64,000 nucleotides of DNA from Eledone cirrhosa (GCA_964016885.1 OZ024740.1:43276001-43340000), one strand, 5' to 3'; shown: positions 1-13,349, counted from the stretch's first letter. Made by a program: numbers and translations. Notes: generated from the sequence alone by a model not told the origin.

Positions 1-119
1 GTATTTGTGTGTGTTTTATTATTTTATTATTTTCCTTGTTTCATTCTTTAAATAGTGACCATATTGGGACAGTGCTTTTATCTACCTGACCATTTCTGTA
101 GTTAAAACCCTCATTACTC

Positions 120-760
120 GAGCTTTTGAAATTCTCATCCACCACCGACGAGGTAACTAAGGAAATCCCACGTGTAAAACATTTAACATTGGATATCCCA
201 AAATATTATTAGATCATGCTTCAGATCAGCATAACAACAAACTTAGTCACACTCCTACAACCGAAACAGCGCAAAATATTACATATTTCATAATTTGTCT
301 ACTACAATAATCAAATGCACCCTGATTGTAGAATGAATGAACACGTCATTACAAAAACTTACAAAATAAATAAAAAATTACATGCTTCGATACTAGACAC
401 AATCTCATATTCAGAATATATTACAAGCACATCAAATTAAAAAAAAAACAACTATACATTAACACACAACCACAGAATGCTAAACCATGAAACGTACTTT
501 ACATGTCCAGATCGATATATAACATTCACAGTATACATGAAAGTTAACTTGACCAAAATTGTTATACCTTTCACACAAGCACTACACTTTCCCGTTTGTT
601 AAACAAACACTTAAAAAAGTAAAAATTACTACACATTTCTAAACAGTATATGCAAAAGTATTAGATAAAACTACATTAGTTGATACCACAATTCTAGATA
701 GAAATTCATGCAAATATTGCGTCCAAAAATGGAGGAGACCACTAATACCAGAATATCAAA
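120..760 (+). pseudogene. Highly degraded Penelope-like ORF fragment
   Basis: Broken peptides YNNQMHPDCRMNE (~301-340) and NLIFRIYYK (~400-427) resemble the PLE RT-thumb/linker region; many stops and frameshifts. Confidence 0.35.
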
Positions 761-1579
761 AACAATTATTTAAATGAAAGTCCGAAAAAAAACATTTCCA
801 ATTTAGTACTGGATTCAGTAAATTGTTTACTAGGACGAAAAATAAAAAAAATATATAAATTTCGTTTATCAGCATAACAGAATACTTGTATATAAAAACT
901 ACATTTACTACGTTATATAGCATTGTCATGTCTACCACCATACGCTACCACTAATAAACCCAGTATCAATTTATCTTCATAAATAATTTATATAAATATA
1001 CAAGCGAAAGAAATAGCAGGTACACGTGGCAGCAGAGAGGCAATATTTGCAATGTTTGACAATTTGAGACACTAAAGTTGATGTTAACAAAATGAATAGT
1101 GTTTGTTCGGAAGTAAAGGATTTGCGTTTTTTGTTCAATTCATCTGTTCATTACCAGAGAAACCATTCACAAATGTTCGTTTCATTTCCCCCTAATTAGC
1201 AAGTAGCCATCTTCATACTGCCTTTTTGATCTCGTGAGCGTAGAAATTCCTTTAGGAAAGTGGTGTGGCAACACTATTTAGAATTTATTATATAAAGTTT
1301 GAGCACGCTGAAAATGTTGAACAGTATCTTTTGAGCTAATTCATTTACGTGTCTGTAATTTCAGATATTTTGGAAATTGACAGAAATAGTACATTATCAT
1401 ATTTTTTTATATTTTCCAACACAATATTTATTGTCAATCCATCTTGTTTTCAAAATCCAGAGGTGTCTCTATTAGCTAATATATTCAGTGTCATTTACTT
1501 CACTCGTCACTTTTGTATGGCCTTTCATTAAATTCACTCTTTAGGCCGGATCACAGAAACACATTTTAAGTAAAGCTAC

Positions 1580-1690
1580 AAATGAACTAAATCGTTAAAG
1601 CGTCGGATAGAATGTATTGCGGTATTTATTCCAGCTCTCTGCATGTCGAGTTCAAATCCCGGCAATACTATTTTAAAGTCGATAAAGTAT
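1580..1690 (+). mobile_element. Degenerate tRNA-derived SINE fragment (cephalopod-type)
   Basis: aatcgttaaagcgtcggatagaatg...gagttcaaatcccggc with a B-box-like GTTCAAATC; homologous to the reverse complement of 42680-42860. Confidence 0.5.
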
Positions 1691-2197
1691 ATCTGATATC
1701 GATTTTGTCTTTACTTCTCCTTAAATTTTACTTGTAATTCAAAGGTCCAGAATTTCATATTTCATCACTCTAACCGAACCTGAGATTGCATTAAGAACAC
1801 ACGTGTCTGTGAAATATCCATTTATTTATGAGTTAATTTCTCAAATTCGAAATTCAATGTCGAACAAGTGAACTCTAATCGACAAGTTCAAAGTGTAATC
1901 AACCGCCATTTATTATCACATATATTCTAAATACGTGTTTCATTAATAATACTATTTTCCGAATTGATCGTAATCCTCCTAACTTTATTGTACCAGGCTG
2001 AGAAACGAAACTATGTCACGCAAGACAGGTGGCACGATAATTATATTAGGTTTCTAAATTTAAAATTATAGTGTTTAGATTCTTGTTGCAGCCTTTTTAT
2101 CAACTGGAAGTTAGCAATTTCATTGATTGTACATCTCTCTTATACTCCTTCGATCATTCTGCTGTACTTACTTCTCGATCCCCCTGTCATTGTCTGG

Positions 2198-2201
<4 letters not shown>

Positions 2202-2270
<69 letters not shown>

Positions 2271-2467
2271 TGTGTGTGTACATGTATATATGTGTGTACG
2301 TGTATGCATGAATAAGTGTGTGCATTATCTATCTCTATATAACTCTGCGTGTCTGCGTGTGTGCGTATGTATATATATTTATGTACGTATGTACATGCAT
2401 GTATGTAAGTGCGTATGTATATATATTTATGTACGTGTGTACATGCATGTATGTAAGTACGTACGTT

Positions 2468-2509
<42 letters not shown>

Positions 2510-2510
2510 T
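2202..2510. repeat. (TC)n plus TG/TA low-complexity microsatellite
   Basis: Direct inspection; source of spurious SLSL/YIYI ORFs. Confidence 0.9.
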
Positions 2511-3619
2511 TACTTTCTGTAACTGCCTCTCTGGCAGCCTCTTATAATTCTTGCGTAGCAAATATTTTTTCCGCTTCTTCAATTCACGTTAAATATCTGC
2601 TACGCCGATCAAATATAAGTTTCACACATTTTCTACCAGTAATGAATGCATCTAACCATTATCTCTCCATTGAGAAGCGACCAAGAAATTCTCTACCCTA
2701 TTATTCAAATGACGATTGTAATTATCATGTCTCTGAAGCCGGTGAAAATTTCAATGTTTATTATTCATTTCTATGGATAGTGTATTTTATCATTGGGTTT
2801 TGTATTGTGCACCAGACATAGATGCACGCAGACAAATACAAATGTATATAGTCACTCCTATATATATTACCGTTTTCTTTTGTAGTTTTACTGACATATC
2901 TACAAACTAACAGTATACTATAATGCAAAAGAATCTAGCAACCCATAAAATAACAATAGCAATCCATTGCTACTATCTCAAATTAGAAGCTACTAAAAAG
3001 TCAAAACTTCTTCGCACAATGCAAATGTTGGTTTGTTGTCACAGCTGAGTAAACAAAACACTAGTAAAAAAACGACCATAAAAATGAACACAGAATTTGA
3101 ATTTAGAAACCAGCTTTGGAAGCAGCATATAAATAAAATGATATAAAATAGTTTTCGTTAAGAAGGAATCATATGAATTTGATTCTTACAAAATTTCTAT
3201 TTTAAGCCAAGATTTCAAAGCTTCTTAACTAATCTATACGTATTCAGCATAATCTTTGCAGCTATCCTTGTCTTAAATTGCATAACATTCAGGTTTGATA
3301 CATGTCGCTAGAACCAGCCTACCAATGACGGTAAGAAATACAATTTTTTTTTTTCTAATTCCAGCATTGAAAATGTCTGTTTCTTATAGAAACTTTTTTA
3401 TGAATCTGAAAACTTCTGTAAGATTTCTCTCTCCAGTCACGAGTTTGTGTGGTCTTCTATTTACTTTAAAAACTCAGTGTTTTATGGGATAAATAACAGT
3501 CCACACAAACGGATGAACAAGTGAACAGTTTAAATTTACAGTACGTTTTGGTGAATTTTTATAAACCTAAGCGTGCTTTCGTCCCTAACTGGTGCACTTG
3601 GCATACATTATCTGCAACC

Positions 3620-4115
3620 CAAGCAAAGAGATCTGATACAGTAATGCGCCAGTTTCAGCGCTCGGTAATCAGAAGGGTGATAGGTGTAAAAGCCAAACTC
3701 GCAATTTTCAATTCGGTATTCATGCCTAATCCTTACATATGGTCAATGATCTTGGATAACGATCATGAATACTAGCAGCCGAAATCGGCTTCCTTCGAAG
3801 GGTCTTTGGAATAAGGTTACTCGATAGAATGCGTAGCTCGGATATCAGAGTCGCTCCAAATAGAGCCGTTACCTCTCTGAATTGAGAGATCTCAACTCCG
3901 GTATTACGAACATTTGGTTAGAATGTCTTCGAAAGGAGTCGCTGGACATATTTTACGGACAAACCCAACATCTAGGAGAACCAGGAGGCAGGCCCCGAGC
4001 TAGATGGTTGATGTAACATCCATGATCTCGGCTGAACCAACCAGATCAATTGGAGTCGATTGCTTGACATGACCCGCTGGAAGTAGTGTTTGAGGACTCT
4101 GCACATACGACCGTC
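3620..4115 (+). mobile_element. Degenerate RTE-type LINE 3' fragment
   Basis: Peptides AKLAIFNSVFMP, AAEIGFLRRVFGIRLLDRMRSSDIR and IERSQLRYYEHLVRM are typical of the post-RT C-terminus of RTE-like LINEs. Confidence 0.65.
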
Positions 4116-4136
4116 AGAATAATAATAATAATAATG

Positions 4137-4191
<55 letters not shown>

Positions 4192-4439
4192 TTTATTTAT
4201 TAACCAAAAGGGTTTACATAAAGTATACATTAAGGACAGTGCAGGACAATACAGTACGGTACAAATGGGCATTTCTGCGTGTAAAAAACAAAAACAGAGT
4301 ATGTAACAAAAAAATAACAATGAAAAATTCCCCAATAGGGGGGAAACTTCGGAGGGACATTTGTGGAGAAAGCCCAGTAAAAGGCCACAGTAACCCTGTC
4401 CACCAAGGCAAGTGCCTCTCCCAGTTTTCCACCTTTAAT

Positions 4440-7400
4440 TTACAGATATATACTCAGAGTAGGCCCATTCACTCGGGCCATTCTTGCTTCTGTCACCCAT
4501 CTTTCAACAAAATGCTGGGAAGAGAGCAATTCCCTCTCTACTCTGATTTTCCTTTTCAAATAAAATTTGAAAAAGTCAATCAGAGCATCACCGAAGAGGT
4601 AAGTGCTCGTCTTCAGCCCTTTCAAACGTGTCCACCAAACTATCTCTTTCGCCATGGCCACCAGACAGATAAAAACTGCCTGCCCTTCCCGGCTAAAGGA
4701 AGAGGGCGGAGCAATCCTCACGATGGACTCAGATGATAGCCGGATCCGTCCTACACGCATAAGCAGGTGTTCGACATAAACCCACAAGTCAGCAATTTTC
4801 GGACACTGGACGAGTGCGTGCAGGACGGTTTCGTCGCCCTGCGCGCATCTCGGACATGCCCGGCTGACGGCACCTTCATGCCTGTAGAGTTTATGCCGAA
4901 CTGGCAAAGCACCCCGGTAGCACTGCCAGGCCAGGGATTTCTGGAAGTCGTCCATAAGCCCCGGCCCGAAAATCCTTCCGAAGAGATTGGCTAGTTGATT
5001 TTCGTCAACGCCTAGAGTTTCTCCAAGTACGTCGTCGCTCTTACCCTCCACTAATCCACTATAGAACGCCAAGGTGGAGTTTCCACCGATCACATTGCCC
5101 GATTGGTCGAGGGCTGTGAGCGCCTGAAGACATTCCAGTCTCCAAGCGCTCCCTCTCGGTCTTCGCTTGACCCAGGACTGCAGCTCCGTCAAGGAGACGA
5201 GCTGGGGAAAAACGTGTCTAGCAAACGGCGACCACACCTGATCACCGTCGGGGAAGAGGTGGAGATGTCGTAGCCTGAGCGCGTGTCTGCGCATCATCAG
5301 CCACGGCATGCCCAGCCCTCCACGTAGCGGGTGTTGACAGCAAATGGACCGCCTGATCATCGGAGCGCGTCCCTTCCACAAGAAGCGAAAGAGCAAACGC
5401 TCCAGCGCAGTCAGGCGAGGCTTAGGACAAGGTACGACGGTCAGGCGGTAGTAGATGACGGACGCGATGTACGCGTTAGCCACATCCGCTCGACCTTTCA
5501 GGGATAGCTTCCTCTCAGCCCATTTCTGGGTGAGACAAGCCACCCTGCTCGTCACCTCGTCCCACTTTTTGTCCGTCTGGAGGTCTGGACCGAACCAGAC
5601 CCCTAGCAATTTAACCCGTCCGTCCGTCCAGCGCCCGACGACGCTGTTGGACGGCATGGACCTGCCTCTCCAGGTGCCGAGCTGCAGGCCCACTGACTTT
5701 TCCTGGTTGATCATTTCTCCTGTCACCGCTTCGTATTCTCTTAGTGTAGTGCCGATCGCCTCGATGTGTTTGGCGTTCGACACCACTACGGTGACATCGT
5801 CCGCATATGCTGACACGGATCTTCCGCATCCTAGTTCGCGCGGGACCCCCTCAACGTCTCCAGCTTGTGCAGTAATATCTCGAGAGTCAATACGTACAAT
5901 AGGGACGAGAGGGGACATCCTTGGCGGACCGAGCGCATGATGTTGAACGGTTCCGAAAGGTGACCGTTCACTCTCACTACAGAGCAGATGTTGCTGTGCA
6001 TGGCAGCGATCCAGCCTCTGAAGACGGGCCCAAAGCCGGCCGCCCTCAGGACTGCCGCTAGGTAACGATGGTCGACCCTATCGAAGGCTTTCGACTGATC
6101 TAAATTGATCAAAGACCCACCCGTGCCAGGTTCCCTAGCTACCCTCTCTACGATGTATCGCATGAGGTGGAGTTTGTCGTGGATGGATCTGTCGGGAATC
6201 GCGCATGTCTGTGCCTCTCCCACCAGACCACCAACGACAAGCGCCAACCTCTTTGCTAGCACCTTGGCCAAAATCTTGAACTCTGTGTTTAGCAGAGTTA
6301 TGGGCCTAAAATTATCTATGTTATCCCCCTTGTTCGGATCCTTTCTCAGCAGCGCCACCGCTCCTCGGCTCACAGAGCTGGGAATTCTCCCGTTCTGTTG
6401 CCAGTTGCAGTTGACGTCTGCCAAGAGGCCTCCGAACAAGTCTGGTATTTGTACGTAAAGTTCATAGGGCAGACCATCTAAACCAGGCGATTTACCCCTT
6501 GTGCAGTCAGTCATTGCCTCCCGTACTTCAGCGGTTGTTATCGGCTTTTCGCAACACTCCGCCTAAGTGGCCGAAATCCGCGGCAGTCCGTCGAGGTAGA
6601 CACTAAAGTCCATCCCTCGATCCGGCCAGCCACTGCCCCCGAACAGTTGAGCGAAGTGTCGCTGAAAAGCTTCACACATTTGCCCGGGATCGAGTAGCAT
6701 GCGCCCGTCGTGGTCCACCAAAGACCGGATCGTGGCTATATTGCCAAGACGCGCCTCCGCCACTCGGGCCCATTGAACGGCTTTCGTCCCCTCCTGTCTG
6801 AGAGCACGCACCCTAGCTCTGACAACGCAGCCTTCGTGCTTTGCATTGAAGAATTGGTCAAGGGCCAATTTCGCCGCAAGTACGTCGGTCGCGATGCCTT
6901 TGCTAAGCGCCTCGTCTAATTTTCTAACTAATTCTCCCTCTGCTCTATTTTTCTCTATTGCTAAAGCCTTACTACACCTAATGGACTCTATTCTAATTGC
7001 TCTTTTCAGAGCAAACCACCACTTGTTGTTGACGATGGCCCCCGTCAACGCCCGCTTAACTAGTTCGCTAATCCGGTCTCTGTAGGCCTTGCGCGCTGGT
7101 AAGGACGCGTTTAGCTTCCAGTAGCCGGGTCCTCGTCTATGAAGCCTATCTAAATCCAGCACACAGATCACGAATTTGTGGTCCGTGTAGCTGACTATCT
7201 TAAGTTGTGGACAGCCTATGCTAGACCTATCTATTTCCCTACAAAATACTCTATATAGATATGATCTGGATGACCCTATGCGATTTGTCCAAGTCCACAT
7301 TGGTACATTCGGGAAATCCATTCGGTACCTGTCAGACAGTTCAAAACGCCTGAGCAGGTTGGTGAGACTCTTTCACCCTCCTTCCCTATCCACTAATCCC

Positions 7401-7855
7401 ACACAATCCCAGCGTGCATCTAAGATCCCGTTCCAGTCGCCCACTAACACTAAAGAGCGGGACGTTCCAAGAAAGGTCTCCAGACGCCGGAAGAAGTCAG
7501 GCCGCCCTGCTCCTGTCGGCGCATAGACGGCCACTAACCTGAAAGCTTGCCCTTCTCCGCTGGTCATGTCCAGCACCACCAACTTACCTTCTGGGCCCAG
7601 GAAGATGGCCCGTATGGCAAGATCCAAACCTCTCCGAAAAAGCACAGCAATTCCTCCCCCGATCCAGGACGGCTGGGAGATGCGTACACATCGTAGCCGC
7701 CGAAGATCGGTGCGAAGGCCCGTTTCGGAGATTCTGGTCTCGCTGATGGCCACTACATCTATGTTTAGTGACCTGAGGTCGTTGAGCAGGTGGCCCCGCT
7801 TCCATGACGACCCTAAGCCACGCGCACTTATGCTGCCTATTCTGAGTGAGGTCAT
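4440..7855 (-). pseudogene. ORF2 (APE endonuclease + RT + CCHC) of LINE copy 1, split over four frames
   Basis: Motifs VAISET, VYAP, LVGDWN, SYTDH, GPGYWKLN, KSPGLDGL, NFRPITLLN, KAFDRVDH, RQGCPLS, AYADD and CPRC..ETVLHALVQC. Confidence 0.9.
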
Positions 7856-7889
7856 GTTGAAAAGGAGTGGAAAAGATGGGAAAGACCAC

Positions 7890-9904
7890 TTACCTTACTT
7901 CTCGTAGGGGAAGGACGGTTTTTCCATCCTTTTCACTGCTTGTGGCCTCCTCAGGAAGGATGTCCTTATAAATCCTCCTGGAGAGTGCTTGTCGGACGTC
8001 TCCGATGTCTTTGGGGAATTTTTGTTTTAGTGTCGTGTACGTTTTCTGTGTGATGCGAGTGATTTGTATGTATGTAGGTGGTGTGAATTTTTGGGTTGTT
8101 GTGTAGTCTTTTTCTGTGATGCTGGTGTTGTGGTGGATGTAGTGTAATAATTGCTTGTTGTTCAAATTTAATGCTGTGTAGTGTGTATCGTTTGGGATGT
8201 TTTGTTTTGTTTGCGTTTGTTGTGGGTTTGTTTCTGTTTCGCATTTTGGTGACTTTTGTGGTGTAGGTGATGGTGGTGTTGGGGTTAATGATGGTGATGG
8301 TGTTGGTGTTTGGGTTGATGGAGTTGTTGATGCTGGTGTTGATGGTGGCATATCTGTCCTAACTTTTTTGTTTGTTAATGTATTTGTTTCCCTCTGTATT
8401 TTGTTTTTGGAGGGGGAAGGAAGAGAATTTTTTCTTTTTTGGTTTCTTTTTTTTTTTCCTGATACCGTTTCCCACTCCTCGTCGTCACAATCTGACTCCA
8501 GTTGTGATAGGCCGGGGAGTGGAAAATCCTCCACAGGCGTTAGTTTTGGTTGTGGCGTGGTGGATGGTGTAGGCGCTGGTGCTAGTTCTGAAGCGTTGGG
8601 TGGTGGTTGTGGTGGTTTTGCTGGTGGTGGTGGTGTTGGTTTTGCTACTGTTGCTGGGGTTGTTGCTGTTATAGTTGCTTCTGTTGTTGCTGCTACAGTT
8701 GTTGCTGCCATCTCTGCTACTGGTGGTGTTGATGGTTGTGTCACTGGGGTGGGTAGGAGAGGTGGCCTCAACCTTTTAGCCTGAGGGCAGAAAGCCCTTA
8801 GGTGGGTTCCTTCACCACAAACGACACACCTAGGCCTTCTGCCCTCGACAATTACGGTGAGGTCGCTGCCGTCAGTGAGGTCTATTACCTCTGGGATCTC
8901 CTCAATGCTTTTTTGGTCCGCTTGGATTAGGAGCTCCATCCCAGATCCGGACCAGTTCTCCTGCTTTTCTTTTGCTATTGCTATTATCTTTGTGTTGGCT
9001 TCGATGCCGGCGAGGACGGCCGCTATTAGCCAGGGCATTTCGATGGCCGGTGGAACGTGGGTCACCCTGATCTTTACGAGTCTCTGGCCACAATAGCTTG
9101 GGAAGAGTGTGAAGTCGTCACTTCTTAATGGGGCCATGGAGTGTTCTCTCGCCTCCTCTGGTGTTTTAAAGAACACGTCCACGGTTCCATACTTCTGCCC
9201 ACGTCTGATGTGGGTTTTTCTTGCCCACACATATCCCAAAGCTTTTTGGATATGGGACTCGGATACCCGTTCCACTCGGCGCGATTTTACATTTATTGTT
9301 CGATACGACACGGTGCATAGGCGACGATGGTCCATTTTATTAGGTGTGGGTGGGGTGGGTGGTGAGGCTGACCCTGTACCCATCTTTCTTTACCATTTGT
9401 TTGGCATTTTCTAAATCCTCCTGAGTTACCGTAAATGCTTCGAACAGTTTTGCTACTCTGGCAAAACTCAGGGTGGTTTTTTTAATGTCATTGTTGTCGT
9501 TGTTGCTAAACTCATTTTTGTTATTATTAATTTTAGTTTCAGTTGTGGTGGTGGTGGTGACGTAAGTGGTGTTGGGTGTGGAAGTGGAAGAGTACATTTT
9601 GATTGAAATTATTTCGTCATCACGAGTTGATTTATTGTTTCCTTTTTTTCTGTTGTCCCGGTGGTGGTGGGGTGGTGGTTGTCGCGGTGGTGGTGGTGGT
9701 GGTGGTGGTGGAGGCTTTAACACCTGCAGTCATTGGTAATGGCGGGAAATGAATGTCTGCCTGAGACAAATTTAAAATATTGCTACTGCTTATATTTTTT
9801 TTTGTGTTGGCAAACGTAGTAACATTTACAATGGTGGTGTCGGTGTGAGGTGTTAATTTGTGAGGAAGGCTTTCAGCTGCTTGGTGCAGAAGTGAATTAA
9901 CCAA
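7890..9904 (-). pseudogene. ORF1 (gag-like) of LINE copy 1, N-terminus frameshifted
   Basis: 497-aa ORF 7890-9383 with the CVVCGEGTHLRAFC zinc knuckle and a Pro/Thr-rich tail; upstream frames (LSFARVAK) align with copy 2 ORF1 (ISFAGIAK). Confidence 0.8.
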
Positions 9905-10112
9905 TTTTTTTCAAAGAAATTTTTGATAATCATAAAAGTGTAAATTTTGGGCACAAGGCCCCAATCTTTTTGGGTGTCCTTTTCGGAAAACAATGTATGT
10001 GCGCTTATATATAGTTAACAATAAAAAGTTTCCATAAATGGCAATTTTTAACAAACGGAAATAACAAACCTTTGCGGAGCTCACGATGATACGATTTACT
10101 ACGTAGGTCGCC

Positions 10113-10165
<53 letters not shown>

Positions 10166-10425
10166 TTTCTTTATTAACCACAAGGGTTTACATAAAGTAG
10201 ACATTAAGGAGAGTGCAGGACAATACAGGACGGTACAAATGGGCATTTCTGCGTGTAAAAAACAAAAACAGAGGATGTAACAAAAATAACAATGAAAAAT
10301 GAAAAATTCCCCAATAGGGGGGGAGGGGGTACTTCGGAGGGAGATTTGTGGAGAAAGCCCAGTAAAAAGCCACAATAACCCTGACCACCAAGGCAAGTGC
10401 CCTCTCCCAGTTTTCCACCTTTAAT

Positions 10426-10944
10426 TTACAGATATATACTCAGAGTAGGCCCACTCACTCGGGCCATTCTTGCTTCTCTCACTAATCCCACACAATCCCA
10501 GCGTGCATCTAAGATCCCGTTCCAGTCGCCCACTAACACTAAAGAGCGGGACGTTCCAAGAAAGGTCTCCAGACGCCGGAAGAAATCAGGCCACCCTGCT
10601 CCTGTCGGGGTATAGACGGCCACTAACCTGAAAGCTTGCCCTTCTCCGCTGGTCATGTCCAGCACCACCAACTTACCTTCTGGGCCCAGGAAGATGGCCC
10701 GTATGGCAAGATCCAAACTTCTCCGAAAAAGCACAGCAACTCCTCCCCCGATCCAGGACGGCTGGGAGATGCGTACACATCGTAGCCGCCGAAGATCGGT
10801 GCGAAGGCCCGTTTCGGAGATTCTGGTCTCGCTGATTGCCACTACATCTATGTTTAGTGACCTGAGGTCGTTGAGCAGGTGACCCTGCTTCCATGACGAC
10901 CCCAAGCCACGCGCATTTATGCTGCCTATTCTGAGTGAGGTCAT
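10426..10944 (-). CDS. Mini-ORF2: N-terminal APE portion fused in frame to the last ~18 aa of ORF2
   Basis: ...WDCVGLV|REARMARVSGPTLSIYL; ~2.9 kb deletion relative to copy 1 at a 3-bp CAC microhomology (copy 1 positions 4494 and 7391). Confidence 0.8.
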   Translation of the reverse strand: MTSLRIGSINARGLGSSWKQGHLLNDLRSLNIDVVAISETRISETGLRTDLRRLRCVRISQPSWIGGGVAVLFRRSLDLAIRAIFLGPEGKLVVLDMTSGEGQAFRLVAVYTPTGAGWPDFFRRLETFLGTSRSLVLVGDWNGILDARWDCVGLVREARMARVSGPTLSIYL

Positions 10945-10978
10945 GTTTAAAATAGAGTGGAAAAGATGGGAAAGACAC

Positions 10979-13071
10979 TTACCGTACTTTTGGTAGAGGA
11001 GGCATGGTTTTTACATCCCTTTTCACTTGATCGTCTGGTGAAGGGACCGTTGAATCGTCCCTTCGGCTGGTCGTCGGCTCTTCTATGAGAATGTCTGAAT
11101 ATACTCTTCGATTGATAGTTCCTCCTAGGTCCCTAAAATCACCAACTGCATTGGGGAATTTCGTTTTAATGTTTGTGTATTGTTTCTGTGCTATTTTTAG
11201 CAGTCTTATGTTAGTTGGCGTTTTATTGGTGCTGGTATTATGTAGTCGTGTTGTGAAATGTCTGTGTTCAATTATGTAAGTCATTAGTTTCTTGTTGTGT
11301 GTATTTATTGCCGTGCATTTGTTTTTCTGGGGGTGGGGTGTGGTTCTGCTATTTTCTTGTCGTTGTTGCTGGGTGTGTGTGTTTTGTTGTTGTGTTTGCG
11401 ATGTTGGTGCTTGTGGTGGTGGTGTTGAAGGTGTTGTTGGCGGTGGGGTTGTCGCCGGTGGTGATGGTGGTGCTAGTGTGGGTGGTGATAGTGTTGGGGG
11501 TGTTGCTGCTGTGGGTTTCTTTGCAGTAGACTTTACCCTTTTCTCATTTCTTTCCTCCCTTTTCAAAGGCGACGATGCGCTGCTTCTGCGTTTGTGCCTT
11601 CTTACGACCTTTTACCATCCCTCTCCCACCTCACACTCCATGTCTGATTCTGTGAGGTCGGGGAGGGGTACCAGCTCCACTCTTTCACTTGTTGTTGTTG
11701 GTGATGTTTGCACTGGAGTCTCTGTTGCAGCTGCATTTGGTATTGCTGTTGTTGTTGTTAATATTTCCACTGCTGCTGCTGTTTTTGATTTCCGTGGCGT
11801 GGGTATGGGTGCCACGGACCTATCGTTCCTGGTTGCCGCTTGTCCTGTTGCTGGTAGCCGTGGAGCCGGTTTCGGAAGGAGGGGCTTTTCTCCTTTCTCA
11901 GGGTCTTCTCGTTGCAGAAGGCCCTGAGGTGAGTCTTCGATCCACAGCGAAAGCATTTCGGGCGTTTTCCCTCAACACTTATGGGCAGTTGAGTGCCGTT
12001 ATCGAAGTCTATCACATCCGGGATAGCTTCGATGCACTCCTGGTTGGTTTGGATTAGCATCTCAATGGAGGTGCCGACCCAATCTTCTCTTACTTTTTTC
12101 TGTACTTGCAGTACAGTTGTTTTGTCCTCGATTCCGACGAGGACAGACGCGGCCAACCAAGAAGGGGCCATCTCGGGGGGGACGTGGGTCAGTTTGACCT
12201 TCACAATTTTTTTCCCGCAGTAGGAGGGCACCAACACCATTTCCTCGCTCCTTAGGGTCACTACGGATTGGGCCTTTGCCTCCTGGGGTGTGGCAAAAAG
12301 TACGTCTACGGTGGCATATTTTTTGCCTCGGGTGATGTGCGTTTTCCGCTGCCACACAGATCCCAAGGCTTTTTGTATTTGAGCCTCTGTGGCTCCTTCC
12401 ACCCTACGGGATTTTGTACTTACTGTACGGTACGTGACCGTACAGTGCTGTTGGGTTTCGAAAAATGTTTCCGCTGCCTTGCAGATTGCTCGGTGTCCAG
12501 TCTTTGTCACCATCTTCTTCGCTTCCTCTAATTCCTCATTTGTTATGAGGATTGTTTCCAAGTTTTTCGCAATACCTGCAAATGAGATTGGTTTTTCTTT
12601 GCTGCTGTTGTTGTTGTTGTCGTCAGAGCTGCTGTTACTTTTGTTGTTGCTGCAGGTACTACGACTACTGCCTCCTCCGCTGTTGCTGTGGTTGTTGTTG
12701 GTGTTGCTGCTGCTAATGCTGTTGTTGTTTATGCTGCTGGTGATGCTGTTGCGGCTGCTACTGTTGTTTTCATTGTCACTGTTGTTATTACGGCTGCTAC
12801 TGCTATTATTCCTGACGTCAGACGAATGAACTGGGTTTTCGTATTTCCCGCACACCTGTTTCGTCGCTGTCGTCGTCGTCGTGGAGAAACCTTGCACGCT
12901 TTGCACGAGACTTTTCTTTTCTTTCGTCGCTTGCGAAAGAGAAGGGAGGGAGAGAGACACATTCAAAGAAGGGCGGGAGAGAGACAATCTTCTCTCTGCT
13001 GTCGTGATGATTGAGGAAGAAGAAGACGCAATGAGTGGGAGTGACCTATGAAATTTCTTTTTCGTAGCCAT
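10979..13071 (-). pseudogene. ORF1 (gag-like) of LINE copy 2
   Basis: CFRCGSKTHLRAFC knuckle; CTVTYRT..SRRVE, QKALGSVW and VTHVPP-like blocks homologous to copy 1; frameshifted C-terminus. Confidence 0.8.
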
Positions 13072-13289
13072 GTTGTTTTTTTTTTGTTTAAAATAAATAT
13101 TGGGTACAAAACCCCAATAAGCAGTTATTTAACCCCGAAGGGCCAAATAACGGGCAGAAAGACCCCTCTCACGGAGAGGAGGGTGTTTTTGTCTACAAGT
13201 TCGTTAAAGTTTTAAACAATTTACAATTGTTATAGTGTTCAAAATTTACAATACTTTACAGAGCCGAGCCTCCGTCAACCATTGCATTC

Positions 13290-13349
<60 letters not shown>

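Larger units (their letters stand above)
4118..10112 (-). mobile_element. L1/Tx1-clade LINE, copy 1 (full-length, frameshifted)
   Basis: 5'UTR, ORF1 with zinc knuckle, APE-RT-CCHC ORF2, ~250 bp 3'UTR and (TAT)n tail at 4118-4187. Confidence 0.9.
10113..13289 (-). mobile_element. L1/Tx1-clade LINE, copy 2: divergent ORF1, internally deleted ORF2
   Basis: Same 3'UTR and (TAT)n tail as copy 1; ORF2 reduced to 10426-10944. Confidence 0.85.

Noticed and set aside
10470-10490. ORF2 deletion in LINE copy 2 as a splicing product
   Set aside because: The deleted segment does not end in AG; a 3-bp microhomology is present instead.
4767-13014. Plus-strand ORFs overlapping the LINEs
   Set aside because: Antisense shadows of GC-rich or low-complexity coding sequence, with no motifs.
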